Shown piece by piece: positions 1 through 10,226 of a stretch of 48,578 bases of DNA. The DNA lies in NCBI GenBank assembly GCA_046153645.1, contig JBJXGI010000101.1, forward strand, positions 1 to 48,578, written 5' to 3'. The first letter of the stretch is position 1. Every line of letters starts with the position of its first letter. Position numbers and translations under genes: made by a program. The notes under the pieces are model-generated. The model saw only the letters and a list, made by a program, of their open reading frames with translations. It ran no database searches and was not told where the DNA came from. Source of the stretch: Elusimicrobiota bacterium (GTDB lineage: Bacteria > Elusimicrobiota > Elusimicrobia > F11).

Positions 1-20
1 ACCTTCTTTACGATTTGATT

Positions 21-521
21 TCAAGATACAATACGTTTTTCTTTTAAAGCCTCAATGACATCTGCGGGCAAAAAAGCGCTTAAGTCCCCCCCCAACTTCG
101 CAACAACCTTTGAAATAGAAGAAGAAAGATAAACATACTTTTCATCCGGCATCAAGAATACTGTTTCGATTTCCGCTGCTAAATGACGATTCATTAATGC
201 CATTTGGAATTCATACTCAAAATCCGAGATGGCTCTTAGTCCTCTAATTAAAGTATGGGCTTCTCTTTTCCGCGCATGAGACACTAAAAGTCCGCTGAAC
301 GACTCAACAGAAACAGGGCAACTATAGGTTTCTTTACAAACACTATTCTTTAAGAAAGCCAATCTTTCAGATAAACTAAAAAGTGTTTGTTTAGAAGTAT
401 TTTCAGATAACACGACAATGATCTCATCGAACCTTTCTGAAGCTCTTTTTAAAATATCCAAATGCCCTTTTGTCACAGGATCAAATGTTCCTGGGTAAAT
501 GGCCCTTTTTATTTTTGGCAT
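21..521 (-). CDS. coaD: Pantetheine-phosphate adenylyltransferase
   Basis: AIYPGTFDPVTKGHLDI (TxGH motif), LIRGLRAISDFEYEFQMALMNR, YLSSS; SD-like AAGGAG upstream. Confidence 0.97.
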   Translation of the reverse strand: MPKIKRAIYPGTFDPVTKGHLDILKRASERFDEIIVVLSENTSKQTLFSLSERLAFLKNSVCKETYSCPVSVESFSGLLVSHARKREAHTLIRGLRAISDFEYEFQMALMNRHLAAEIETVFLMPDEKYVYLSSSISKVVAKLGGDLSAFLPADVIEALKEKRIVS

Positions 522-539
522 TCGATTCTCCTTAAAGTC

Positions 540-2696
540 TCATCCAACTTTTGATAAATGAATTTTATTCCCAAACTTTCGATGAAGCTCGCGGTTAATT
601 AGATCATATTCTTTTAAAGTCAGAGAGACCTCGCCTCTTATTAAAGTATTGGCTGCTTCTCTTGCTTGTGCAATTAACAACCCATCTTTAATTAAATCTC
701 CCACCTTAAAAAATGGAATACCATGTTGAGCCTCACCTAAAATTTCTCCCGGACCTCTTAATTTAAGATCTTCCTCAGATAAGCGAAATCCATCTGAAAT
801 TTGACTAAAAGTAATTAATCGTTGATTGGGTAACTCTCCTTCATTTCTAATGAGCATACATTCCGAAGCAACCGAGCCTCTTCCCACCCGTCCTCTCAGT
901 TGATGTAACTGAGAAAACCCAAATCTTTCTGGATTAAAAATCGCTATCAAAGTGGCATTGGGAACATCAATTCCGACCTCAATAACGGGAGTTGCCAATA
1001 ATATTGAAATTTCTTTTTTTCTAAAGGCATTCATCACTCGATTTTTTTCCTCAGATTTCATTTGTCCATGAATGAGTCCAATTGAATACTCGTTTAAAAT
1101 TTTCTTCCATCGTTCAAATTCTAATTTAACTGATTTAGGTAAATTTTCTTGTTCGGGTTTTCGTTTCTTTGCTTCATCAACCAGCGGGAATACCATATAA
1201 ACCTGCTGTCCATGAGTTACAGCATGTGTGATTTTACTCATAAGGTCTTTTTCATAAATTATTTGAGTTTTTATGGGTGAGCGTCCCTCTGGAATTTCAT
1301 CCATAATACTGACGTCTAAATCACCATACAGCGTCATCGTCAGCGTACGAGGAATGGGAGTTGCCGTCATAATTAACACATCAGGATGAAGCCGCTCAAC
1401 CCAGTTACCTTCAGCGAGAGTTGACGCTTTTAAACTCAACTTTGCTCTTTGACGCACTCCAAACCGATGTTGCTCATCTATAATAACAAGACCCAATTCT
1501 TTAAATTCTACAGCTTCATTTAAAATAGAATGCGTCCCCACCAATATTTGAATCTTACCTGATTTAACCTCAGTCAAAACTCGTTTTCGATCTTTCGCCA
1601 AAAGAGAGCCTTTGATAAGGTCAACTTCGATAGGAAGACCCTCCAACATCTTCTGAAAACCAACCAAATGTTGTTCTGCTAAAATTTCAGTGGGAGCTAA
1701 AATGGCCACTTGTCTTCCATTTTCTATCGCTAATAAAGCCGAAGATAAGGCCACCACTGTTTTTCCTGAACCGACATCACCCTGTAACAATCGATTCATA
1801 GGAATAGGTTGGGACATATCTCTAAATATCTGGTTGATTACTTTTACTTGAGCTTTGGTAAATTCAAAACCTAATTTTTTTTTAAAAGGTGTTAGTAGTT
1901 TTTTAGTCGGCAGTTGAACAAACCCTTTGGCATGGCTTTCTCTTTGTTGCCTGTTTAAAGCCATCGCTAATTCCAATAAAAAAAATTCATCAAAAGCCAA
2001 TCGGTGTCGAGCCTGGTCTCTTGAACTCAAATCCTTTGGAAAATGGAAACTTAGAACAGCTTCGTTTAGAGGAATTAAACCTTGAGATTGTCTTAATGCG
2101 TTTGGTATCCAATCAGTTAAACCTTGTGCAAACATAGGCACAACCGAGAACATCAAACTCCTCAACCATCGTTCTTGCACACCTTCTGTAAGAGGATAAA
2201 CAGGCACTAGCTGTGGTGTATTATTTTTCTCTGATGGATCAATTACCCCAAAATCGTCGCACTGCATTTGAATTCCATCTTTTTCGCCTTCAATACTGCC
2301 ATAAAAGAAAAGTGTACTTCCTTCAGTTACGATCCGTTTAATAGACTGAAACACATCGTATTTAAAAGATAAACGCTTAAACCATATAATAGGAAGAGTT
2401 CCGCTTGCGTCTTGAATAACAGCTCTGGCTTGCCCTAACATCTTACCGACTTGCCTTATCTCAATAGAGATAACTTTACCTTGAACAGCCGCTTTTTGAT
2501 TGGGTTGTAAATGACTTACCCATATAAAACGACGATCTTGGTGAGTACGAGGAAAAAAAGAGATCAGATCATCAACAATACTCAAACCCAACTTTTTAAG
2601 AAGTTCGGCCCTATCTGGACCAACGCCTTTAATGAATTGAATGGGAGTCTTTATATTGACTGGAGAAGGGGGCGATGAGGTGGAGTAAGTCGCCAT
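540..2696 (-). CDS. recG: ATP-dependent DNA helicase RecG
   Basis: KGVGP N-terminus, wedge/OB domain, RLLQGDVGSGKT, DEQHRFG, MTATPIPRTL, QLRGRVGRG, DLKLRGPGE. Confidence 0.97.
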   Translation of the reverse strand: MATYSTSSPPSPVNIKTPIQFIKGVGPDRAELLKKLGLSIVDDLISFFPRTHQDRRFIWVSHLQPNQKAAVQGKVISIEIRQVGKMLGQARAVIQDASGTLPIIWFKRLSFKYDVFQSIKRIVTEGSTLFFYGSIEGEKDGIQMQCDDFGVIDPSEKNNTPQLVPVYPLTEGVQERWLRSLMFSVVPMFAQGLTDWIPNALRQSQGLIPLNEAVLSFHFPKDLSSRDQARHRLAFDEFFLLELAMALNRQQRESHAKGFVQLPTKKLLTPFKKKLGFEFTKAQVKVINQIFRDMSQPIPMNRLLQGDVGSGKTVVALSSALLAIENGRQVAILAPTEILAEQHLVGFQKMLEGLPIEVDLIKGSLLAKDRKRVLTEVKSGKIQILVGTHSILNEAVEFKELGLVIIDEQHRFGVRQRAKLSLKASTLAEGNWVERLHPDVLIMTATPIPRTLTMTLYGDLDVSIMDEIPEGRSPIKTQIIYEKDLMSKITHAVTHGQQVYMVFPLVDEAKKRKPEQENLPKSVKLEFERWKKILNEYSIGLIHGQMKSEEKNRVMNAFRKKEISILLATPVIEVGIDVPNATLIAIFNPERFGFSQLHQLRGRVGRGSVASECMLIRNEGELPNQRLITFSQISDGFRLSEEDLKLRGPGEILGEAQHGIPFFKVGDLIKDGLLIAQAREAANTLIRGEVSLTLKEYDLINRELHRKFGNKIHLSKVG

Positions 2697-2705
2697 AAAA
2701 AGAGG

Positions 2706-3719
2706 TTAAGGGTGGATAGGAAATAACACTGAAATCACCGATACTTTGATTTTTTCTCCGTTTAATTTAAAAGTATCCAACGCATAGGAAATATTCATTT
2801 TTTGGGGTAATTTAAAAGTAAACCCAGTCGTATAATGTCTTTTTTCAGGTTTATCAATTTTCTCTCCATAAACACCAAAACGAACAACACCGCGAGAACC
2901 GACATAGGATTCACTTCCTATATAGGTATAGTCTTTCTTAAGAGATCCTTCTTTATAAAGAACTTGTTCTTGATCAATGGAAATAAGTATTCCATGACCT
3001 AAGCGCAAAGTTGTTCCTGCGCGAAGTTTCGTGGGAAGTTGATCTCTTTTATATCCTTTCCACCATAAAAAAGCAGGCGCATTTTGGGCGCTTAATCCAA
3101 CCATAAAGGGTCCGTAGGGAACACGAAACCCAAAATTCATTCGAACACCATTGGTTGTATCGGTTGTAAAAATCTCATTTTGTGAGGGTCTTTTTTCCTT
3201 AACAGAAATATTTCCAAAGAGATACGATAAAGAAATTCCAAAATCGCCTATTTTATAGGCTGATCCTCCTGCAATCCCAATGGCATTCAAATTGAATTCT
3301 GTGGTTCTATTTTCAAAAGGAAAAGTACCCGTTGTAAATGTTTCGCTGCTTCTCAACCGAGAGACAGGTTCAAAAAAAATCAATCCTTTTTCTCCTCCCA
3401 TAGAAAGGTAACGCATCATATTTCCATGAAGAATATCTTGAGATTGTTCAACTTCTTTTGAAAAACTGCTTTTGGTTTTAACTAACAATGTCGTAAGAGC
3501 GGAATTATCTAAATTGGAAGAAAGGCTTGCCGGATTTTCAGACCCCGAAGAAAAAGAACCAATGTTCGATACAAAAGTATTCCCACGAGAAATTGTATCA
3601 GCAGACACTCCTTCAGAATCAAACACATAATATGGCAACGGGGTACGATCAGCGGCTTGTAAATAAGAAATAAATAAAAAAAACAAACTCAAGACCGTCA
3701 TCCCCATGGAATCTCTCAT
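2706..3719 (-). CDS. Putative outer-membrane beta-barrel protein (PorV/FadL/UPF0164-like)
   Basis: Hydrophobic signal peptide after the trimmed start (ATG 3719, or 3707/3701; the track start overlaps thiG); SRGNTFVS...ENPASL resembles the FadL/PorV plug motif; alternating beta-strand pattern throughout. Confidence 0.6.
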   Translation of the reverse strand: MRDSMGMTVLSLFFLFISYLQAADRTPLPYYVFDSEGVSADTISRGNTFVSNIGSFSSGSENPASLSSNLDNSALTTLLVKTKSSFSKEVEQSQDILHGNMMRYLSMGGEKGLIFFEPVSRLRSSETFTTGTFPFENRTTEFNLNAIGIAGGSAYKIGDFGISLSYLFGNISVKEKRPSQNEIFTTDTTNGVRMNFGFRVPYGPFMVGLSAQNAPAFLWWKGYKRDQLPTKLRAGTTLRLGHGILISIDQEQVLYKEGSLKKDYTYIGSESYVGSRGVVRFGVYGEKIDKPEKRHYTTGFTFKLPQKMNISYALDTFKLNGEKIKVSVISVLFPIHP

Positions 3720-3774
3720 TTTTTGAAAGATAGATTCCCGATAGAGATATTCGGGAATGACGAAATTAAGGATT

Positions 3775-4575
3775 TTATTTTTCAGAAATTGTTCCTTGAA
3801 TAGGACTCGAAGGAGAGGCTTTTTCTCTTTTGGGCATTCTTCCCGCTTGAAAAGCTTTTCGTCCAGCCTGAGTTGCAAGGTTCATGGCCAAGGCCATCTG
3901 AATAGGATTTTTTGCTTCTGCAATTGCTGTATTCATTAATATCCCATCAACACCTAATTCCATGGCTGCAGCGGCATCCGAAGCGGTTCCAACTCCGGCA
4001 TCAACAATGACAGGGACACTTGTAACAACTTCTTTTATATAGCGAATATTAAAAGGATTAATAATACCAAGACCTGAACCAATCGGTGCTGCTAAAGGCA
4101 TGACGGCCGCCGCTCCCGCGTCCACTAACTTTCTAGCAACAATAGGATCATCGTTTGTATAAGGGAGAACAGTAAACCCCTCTTTTACAAGGATTTTTGT
4201 CGCTTCTAAAAGAATTTCAGTATCTGGCAGAAGAGTTTGGGGATCGCCCAATACTTCCAACTTAATCAGATCAGTGTCCAAAAGTTCTCTTGCTAGTCGT
4301 GAAGTTCTTAAGGCGTCATTGAGGTTATAACACCCTGCGGTATTAGGAAGAATGACCATTCCCTTTGGAATATAATTCATAAAGGAACTTTCAGACTGAT
4401 CCTGCAGATTTACTCTTCGAATAGCCACTGTCACCATATTTGTTCCTGAAACTTCCAAACATGTTTTCATTGTATCCAAAGTTGAATATTTACCCGAACC
4501 CAATATGAGTCGAGAAGAAAAAGTATAACGTCCAATTTTTAATACATCATTTTCATTGAGAGTTGAAACAGACAT
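3775..4575 (-). CDS. thiG: Thiazole synthase ThiG
   Basis: [49 protein letters not shown]; start trimmed to ATG 4575 preceded by GGAGG. Confidence 0.96.
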   Translation of the reverse strand: MSVSTLNENDVLKIGRYTFSSRLILGSGKYSTLDTMKTCLEVSGTNMVTVAIRRVNLQDQSESSFMNYIPKGMVILPNTAGCYNLNDALRTSRLARELLDTDLIKLEVLGDPQTLLPDTEILLEATKILVKEGFTVLPYTNDDPIVARKLVDAGAAAVMPLAAPIGSGLGIINPFNIRYIKEVVTSVPVIVDAGVGTASDAAAAMELGVDGILMNTAIAEAKNPIQMALAMNLATQAGRKAFQAGRMPKREKASPSSPIQGTISEK

Positions 4576-4579
4576 AAAT

Positions 4580-4780
4580 TTATCCTCCACCAATCATTCT
4601 TAAAATCTCAAGTTTATCTCCGGCTTTTAGAAAAGTTTCTCCTAACTTAGCTCGTTTGATAATTTCCAAATTCAGTTCACACGCAACGACATTGAAATTA
4701 ATACCTTTCGTTTCCAGGAATTCTTTAATACTGATACCGTCTTTAACGTTTTCAATCTGACCGTTCACTTCTATTTTCAT
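4580..4780 (-). CDS. thiS: Sulfur carrier protein ThiS
   Basis: 66 aa, MKIEVNG start, C-terminal IGGG, directly upstream of thiG. Confidence 0.95.
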   Translation of the reverse strand: MKIEVNGQIENVKDGISIKEFLETKGINFNVVACELNLEIIKRAKLGETFLKAGDKLEILRMIGGG

Positions 4781-4786
4781 AAAAAA

Positions 4787-6505
4787 CTATATCAAAGCTT
4801 GCAAATCAAAAAGTTTTTGATAGATCCCTGGAGTTTGAATTAATTTCTCATGAGATCCTGTTTCCACTATTTGACCTTTGTCTAAAACCAAAATTCTATG
4901 CGCTTTTTTGATCGTCGAAAATCGATGAGCGATCATAAGAACAGTTCGACCATTCAACAAATGATCTAACGCTTTTTGAACCGCTTCTTCCGATATGGCA
5001 TCAAGAGCGCTGGTGGCCTCGTCTAAAACCAAAATAGCGGGATTTTTTAGAATTGAGCGTGCAATTGAAATCCGTTGACGCTCTCCACCAGAAATTCGAG
5101 ACCCCCTCTCTCCAATGATTGTGTCATAACCATGAGGAAGTTTTACAATAAAATCATGCGCATAGGCGGCTTTGGCTGCCTGTTCTATTTCATCTTGAGT
5201 TGCATCCGGTTTTCCGTAGCTGATATTCGTTTTAATACTTTCATTGAAAAGATGTGTTTCTTGAGTGACGACAGCAATTTGTTTTCTCAAACTTTGAAGA
5301 GAAACATCCCGCAAATCATTCCCATCAATTGAAATAGATCCAGCAATGGGGTCATAAAAACGCAGCAGAAGTTGTGCAATTGTACTTTTCCCTGAACCAG
5401 AAGGCCCCACCAACGCGATCACCTCTCCTTTGTTTATCTTGAGATTTATTTGAGAAAGAACATGATCGGAAGTTGGATAAGAAAACGACACATTATTAAA
5501 TTCAATATCCCTAGATATTGGTTTTAGTTCAAGAGCATGAGGCTTATCCTGAACAGTTCCTTTTTGATCCATTAAGTTAAAGACTCGCTCAGCAGCAGAA
5601 ATTCCTTGTTGAATTTGGACATTGACATTGGCGAATTTTTTAAGGGGATTGTAGAGCGACATAGCAGCTCCAACAAACGACACAAAAGAACCCAAAGACC
5701 AATCCCCATTAATAACATCTTTCCCCCCAATCAAAAGCATGAGTGCTAAGACAAGGGCTCCTAATACTTCCATAATGGGACTGGAGCGAGCCTCAATTCG
5801 AACCAGTTTCATAATGACATTAAAGTAGTTTCTATTTTCTTTGGAAAAATCGTCCATTTCTCTTTTTTCAGCTTGGAAAACTTTTACCACCGGCATCGCC
5901 GCTAGTGCCTCATGAATGGTTTCATAGAGACTGGCCATTCGCTCTTGCCCTTCTCGTCCGGCTTTGCGACTTTTTTTACCCAATTTTGTTAAAACAATCC
6001 CAACCACAGGAAGAACACTAAAACACATGAGCGAAAATTTCCAGTTGGAATAAAACAAGTAACCGATAAGACCCAATACCGTAAGTCCATCTCGAATAAC
6101 CACGGTGGGTCCATTGGATAACGCCGTTTGCATAATAGTGACATCATTAGTCAACCGTGATAAGATTCCACCAGATGTTTTTGCATTAAAAAATCCCATT
6201 GAGAGGGAATATAAGTGTTTATACACATCGTCTCTAATATTTCTAGAGGCAGAATGAGCGGCATAAGAAGATAAATAAGTATGGGAATACCAGAGAATTG
6301 ATTTTAAAGAAATGGAAATAAGAATAAGCCAAACTGCATTTTGTAATGCAAAAAAATCTTTTTCAACCATCGCTCGATCAATAATATACTTTAGCACCCA
6401 CATTGTTCCCGTAGATAAAACCGCCACTAAGGCCATACAAATAAAAGCCACTAAAGACCGAATCCAGGTTTTTTTTAAATAAAAAAGTAATTTTGAAAAT
6501 ATCAT
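4787..6505 (-). CDS. msbA: Lipid A export ABC transporter (MsbA-like)
   Basis: TM domain plus NBD (GPSGSGKST, ISGGERQR, LDEATSALD), immediately after lpxB. Confidence 0.85.
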   Translation of the reverse strand: MIFSKLLFYLKKTWIRSLVAFICMALVAVLSTGTMWVLKYIIDRAMVEKDFFALQNAVWLILISISLKSILWYSHTYLSSYAAHSASRNIRDDVYKHLYSLSMGFFNAKTSGGILSRLTNDVTIMQTALSNGPTVVIRDGLTVLGLIGYLFYSNWKFSLMCFSVLPVVGIVLTKLGKKSRKAGREGQERMASLYETIHEALAAMPVVKVFQAEKREMDDFSKENRNYFNVIMKLVRIEARSSPIMEVLGALVLALMLLIGGKDVINGDWSLGSFVSFVGAAMSLYNPLKKFANVNVQIQQGISAAERVFNLMDQKGTVQDKPHALELKPISRDIEFNNVSFSYPTSDHVLSQINLKINKGEVIALVGPSGSGKSTIAQLLLRFYDPIAGSISIDGNDLRDVSLQSLRKQIAVVTQETHLFNESIKTNISYGKPDATQDEIEQAAKAAYAHDFIVKLPHGYDTIIGERGSRISGGERQRISIARSILKNPAILVLDEATSALDAISEEAVQKALDHLLNGRTVLMIAHRFSTIKKAHRILVLDKGQIVETGSHEKLIQTPGIYQKLFDLQALI

Positions 6506-6510
6506 AAATA

Positions 6511-7635
6511 TTAAGCAACTCTGCCTAAAATGGCTTTTGCTGCCCGCTCCGAGGCTCCTTGATTTCCAAATAACAAACGTAAATCCAGCAATTCATCTCG
6601 AAGCTTTTTCCTCTCATGAGGGTTTTTAATCCAATAAACAAGTGATTTTGTCACATTCTTAGCGGTAGCATTTGACTGGATGTATTCAGGAACAATTTTT
6701 TTTCCTGCCAGTAAATTAGGCATTCCTACATAGGGGACCTGAATAAGGGCCCTAGCGATAGAATAAGTTATCAGATTCATTTTATATATAACCACCATCG
6801 GAATTCCTAAGAGCGCGTTTTCCAATGTCTCTAGTCCTGATGAAGTCATCGCTAAATCCAGTTGCGTCCTCCATTGATAATTTACATCTTGAATCAACTC
6901 AATTAATGCTTTGCTTTTCCCATAACCGGAAATTATATCGTGATAGAGTTGCCTATTTATATGAGGCACAGTAAAGACTAAAAAACGTATTCCAGGATAT
7001 TCTTTGGCTACTTGATTGGCAACTTCCACCATTAAAGGGAGATGTCTTACAATTTCACTTTTTCGACTCCCCGGTAACATTCCAATAACAGGTTCCACTT
7101 TCATGTAATAGGAGCAATGAGACACATCAGGAATTTGATCTAACAACGGATGTCCGACAAATTCAGCAGGCAATTTTCTTTTGTTATAAAAATCTAACTC
7201 AAAAGGGAATAAGCATAAAAACAAATCAACAAAATGACGCAACCGATTGGCTCGCCATGGTCGACTGGCCCAGAATTGCGGACTCGCATAATAAAAAACT
7301 TTACACCCAAACTTCTTCGCGCTTTGAGCTACTTTGGAATTAAATCCATAAAAGTCAACGGGAATAACAGCGTCTATTTTATTTTTCTTAAGTTCTGGGA
7401 TGATCACGTTATCTAATATATTTTTAAAGAAAAATATTTGCTTTGGAGAAATGGCAAAACCAATAGCATTCTGAGAAACAATGTTAACAAGAAATTGGTC
7501 ACTTACTTTTTTTAAATTTTCTCCACCAATAGAGGAAATATAAATTTGAGGATCTAAAATTCGCAGAGATTCAACTAATTTTGAAGCAAGCAAATCTCCG
7601 GAAGGATCGCCCGCGACAATTAAAATTCTTTTCAA
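6511..7635 (-). CDS. lpxB: Lipid-A-disaccharide synthase
   Basis: IVAGDPSGD, SPQFWASR, LFPFE, FVGHPL, MLPGSRKSEI, SSGLETLE, MPNLLAG. Confidence 0.95.
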   Translation of the reverse strand: MKRILIVAGDPSGDLLASKLVESLRILDPQIYISSIGGENLKKVSDQFLVNIVSQNAIGFAISPKQIFFFKNILDNVIIPELKKNKIDAVIPVDFYGFNSKVAQSAKKFGCKVFYYASPQFWASRPWRANRLRHFVDLFLCLFPFELDFYNKRKLPAEFVGHPLLDQIPDVSHCSYYMKVEPVIGMLPGSRKSEIVRHLPLMVEVANQVAKEYPGIRFLVFTVPHINRQLYHDIISGYGKSKALIELIQDVNYQWRTQLDLAMTSSGLETLENALLGIPMVVIYKMNLITYSIARALIQVPYVGMPNLLAGKKIVPEYIQSNATAKNVTKSLVYWIKNPHERKKLRDELLDLRLLFGNQGASERAAKAILGRVA

Positions 7636-8594
7636 CGATTTACCTTGGAAGCCATCAAAGGAGCATCATAGAGCTTCATGTTTTTCAATATTTCATAAAC
7701 AATTTCCAAAGCATCTCGCCCATGTTCTCCAGTCACCAAAGGTTTTTTCCCTTCTTTAACACATTGAACAAAATGAGCCAATTCGCGCTCTAATGGATCT
7801 GTTTTAGGAAGCCTCGGACGCAGAATAGATATGTCATTTAAGGATTTAATGTTAGCTCCCTTTCTTCGAAAGATGCGTAAACTCCGTTCAGAATAATCGA
7901 GAGATATATAAGCATCAGGTTGAAAGATACGAATCTTTCGATATTTTTTTATTGTTACCCGACTCGCAGATAAATCAACCCGGCAACCGCCAGAAAAATA
8001 AAGCGTTGCTTTGACTATATCTTCGTGCTCACTAATCACTTTACCGCCTATCGCATCGAGCCTGACGATAGGTTCTTTTATAAGAGAAAGAATGATATCA
8101 ATATCATGAATCATAAGATCAAGAACCACGCCCACGTGAGACACTCGAGGATCATAGGGCCCAAGACGATTGACCTCAATAAAAGCAGGGTTTACAACAT
8201 GTTTAGACATTTCTATAACAGCGGGATTAAATCGCTCAATATGACCAACTTGTAAAACTCGCCCATTTTTCTGAGCAATACCAATGAGTTCTTCAGCTTC
8301 TTCTAAATTAGCCGTCAGAGGCTTCTCAACTAAACAATGAATACCTTTCTCAAGTAAATATTTTCCGACATGATAATGAATGGGAGTTGGGACAGCGATC
8401 GTTACCGCTTCACAAGCTTGAGCGGCTTCCTCAAGAGATTTAAAAACCTTGGTGTTATATTTTTTTGCAATCGCCTGCGCTTGATCGATATTCGTATCAA
8501 ACAACCCAATAAATTCTACACCAGCCATTGTAGCCAAATGTTTTGCGTGATGCTGGCCCAGATGTCCAACACCAATAACACCAACTTTGGTCAT
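7632..8594 (-). CDS. gnnA: Gfo/Idh/MocA-family oxidoreductase, probable UDP-GlcNAc 3-dehydrogenase (GnnA-like)
   Basis: GVIGVGHLG, VEKPL, VGHIERFNPA, DLMIHDID; located between lpxA-lpxI and lpxB; start trimmed to ATG 8594 overlapping the lpxI stop. Confidence 0.7.
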   Translation of the reverse strand: MTKVGVIGVGHLGQHHAKHLATMAGVEFIGLFDTNIDQAQAIAKKYNTKVFKSLEEAAQACEAVTIAVPTPIHYHVGKYLLEKGIHCLVEKPLTANLEEAEELIGIAQKNGRVLQVGHIERFNPAVIEMSKHVVNPAFIEVNRLGPYDPRVSHVGVVLDLMIHDIDIILSLIKEPIVRLDAIGGKVISEHEDIVKATLYFSGGCRVDLSASRVTIKKYRKIRIFQPDAYISLDYSERSLRIFRRKGANIKSLNDISILRPRLPKTDPLERELAHFVQCVKEGKKPLVTGEHGRDALEIVYEILKNMKLYDAPLMASKVNR

Positions 8595-9406
8595 GATTTT
8601 ACTCCCACAATGCAAATTTTTTCCCCATTGGCCCAATTGATGACTTTTTCTTGATCAAGTACCAATGTTTTTCCAGCTTCTATAGCTAAAACCCCCCCAC
8701 CAGCGCTTTGAAATGTTTCAATCGTATTTAAACCTATCACTGGAACATCAAAACGAAGATCTTGTTGCGGCTTAGAAACCTTAACAACTGTAAAATTACC
8801 TTTCGATATTTCTCCTGCTCTGCGAATACAGCGATCACTTCCTTCCATCGCTTCCACAGCAATAACAGCTTTATTTCGAACACAAACTGTTTGCCCCACA
8901 TCTAAACCAGCCATTGATTTGGCTAATTTATAGCCGAATTGAATATCAGCTAACTCTTGAGCATTTGGTTTTCTTTTGGTTAAAACCCCTTCTGGAGCTA
9001 AGTAGCTGGTTAAATGAATAATGGAAGGTAAAAGTTTAAGCCCCGATTTAGCCAAGTCATCGGCAACTCCGCCCAATAAGGTATCGGCCTTTCTATCACG
9101 AAGTTTCCAAAAAAGTTTAAGAGCCCGAACGTCCGGATGAAATTTTTTTAAGTCAGCATACATATTGCTATGCCGGACCAACCCTGCCATCACAATTTCT
9201 TCTACGCCTTCAGACTGGAAAATTTTAACCCATTTACTAATTTGCCCAATATAAACCCAATGAATGCTATCAACAACTTGCTCAAGAGCTGGGTCAGCCT
9301 CTTCAATAAAAGCAATCGCCACAACATATCGGCCTTGTTTTCGCGCTTCTTGAGCAACTAAAAAGGGAAAACGCCCATTTCCAGCAAGTAATCCAAGGGG
9401 CTTCAC
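8591..9406 (-). CDS. lpxI: UDP-2,3-diacylglucosamine diphosphatase LpxI
   Basis: LGLLAGNGRFP, DVGQTV, AVEAMEGSD, KPQQDLRFDVPVIG. Confidence 0.95.
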   Translation of the reverse strand: MKPLGLLAGNGRFPFLVAQEARKQGRYVVAIAFIEEADPALEQVVDSIHWVYIGQISKWVKIFQSEGVEEIVMAGLVRHSNMYADLKKFHPDVRALKLFWKLRDRKADTLLGGVADDLAKSGLKLLPSIIHLTSYLAPEGVLTKRKPNAQELADIQFGYKLAKSMAGLDVGQTVCVRNKAVIAVEAMEGSDRCIRRAGEISKGNFTVVKVSKPQQDLRFDVPVIGLNTIETFQSAGGGVLAIEAGKTLVLDQEKVINWANGEKICIVGVKS

Positions 9407-10224
9407 AACAAATCATCTCCAACGGCCTCATCTGAAATGGCATCAATGGGAGGCCGTAAAAAGCCTCTTTTACTTTGAGAAAAAAATTCTTTAAACTGTT
9501 TAACAAATTCGTTGTCAACATTTACATCAGGATGTTTTAAGGCCTCTTCAATGGTGAGCGCATTAAGAAAAATAGCTTTATAGGCGCGTTTAATGAGTTC
9601 ACGAGAATTTCGGTCCATTCCCAAACGTCTCATTCCAACAATATTTAAGCCACGAATTTTAGCTCGGTCTCCTTGAGCAATACAGAAAGGCGCCACATCT
9701 TTGATCGCCATCGTTCCACCAGAAACGATGGAACCTCTTCCCACTCGTGAAAACTGATAAAAAGCCGCGGCCCCACTAATGAAAACATTATCTTGAATCG
9801 TCACATGACCCGCTAATAGAACATTATTAGCCATCACGACTTTGTTTCCAACCTTACAATCATGAGCAACATGTGAATAAGCCATGAGGTAATTATCATT
9901 GCCCAAAATGGTTATACTGTTTTCTGCAGGAGACCCTCTATGAATAGTCACTCCTTCTCGAAAAACATTCCGATCTCCCATGACAACGGAAGAAGGCTCC
10001 CCTTTATATCCCAGATGTTGTGGTTCTAACCCAATGGATGAAGAAGGATAAAAAACGCACGATTCTCCCGTTTTCGTATAAGAAATCGAAACATGAGAAA
10101 TGAGTTTGGTTTTATCTCCCAGTTGAACATTAGGGCCAATGACACAAAAAGGCCCCACCTCAACGTCTTCACCAAACTTGGCCGAAGAATCAATAACAGA
10201 TGAAGGATGAATCTTTACTGACAT
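9403..10224 (-). CDS. lpxA: Acyl-ACP--UDP-N-acetylglucosamine acyltransferase
   Basis: Hexapeptide repeats, REGVTIHRG, SHVAHDC (catalytic His), LAGHV, GLNIVGMRR. Confidence 0.95.
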   Translation of the reverse strand: MSVKIHPSSVIDSSAKFGEDVEVGPFCVIGPNVQLGDKTKLISHVSISYTKTGESCVFYPSSSIGLEPQHLGYKGEPSSVVMGDRNVFREGVTIHRGSPAENSITILGNDNYLMAYSHVAHDCKVGNKVVMANNVLLAGHVTIQDNVFISGAAAFYQFSRVGRGSIVSGGTMAIKDVAPFCIAQGDRAKIRGLNIVGMRRLGMDRNSRELIKRAYKAIFLNALTIEEALKHPDVNVDNEFVKQFKEFFSQSKRGFLRPPIDAISDEAVGDDLL

Positions 10225-10226
10225 TT

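Noticed and set aside
3720..3878. Extended ORF-track N-termini (also thiG, the gnnA-like gene, lysS, lnt, 37972..38610 and 42956..43291)
   Set aside because: They overlap upstream genes, and downstream starts fit SD, signal peptide or homology better.
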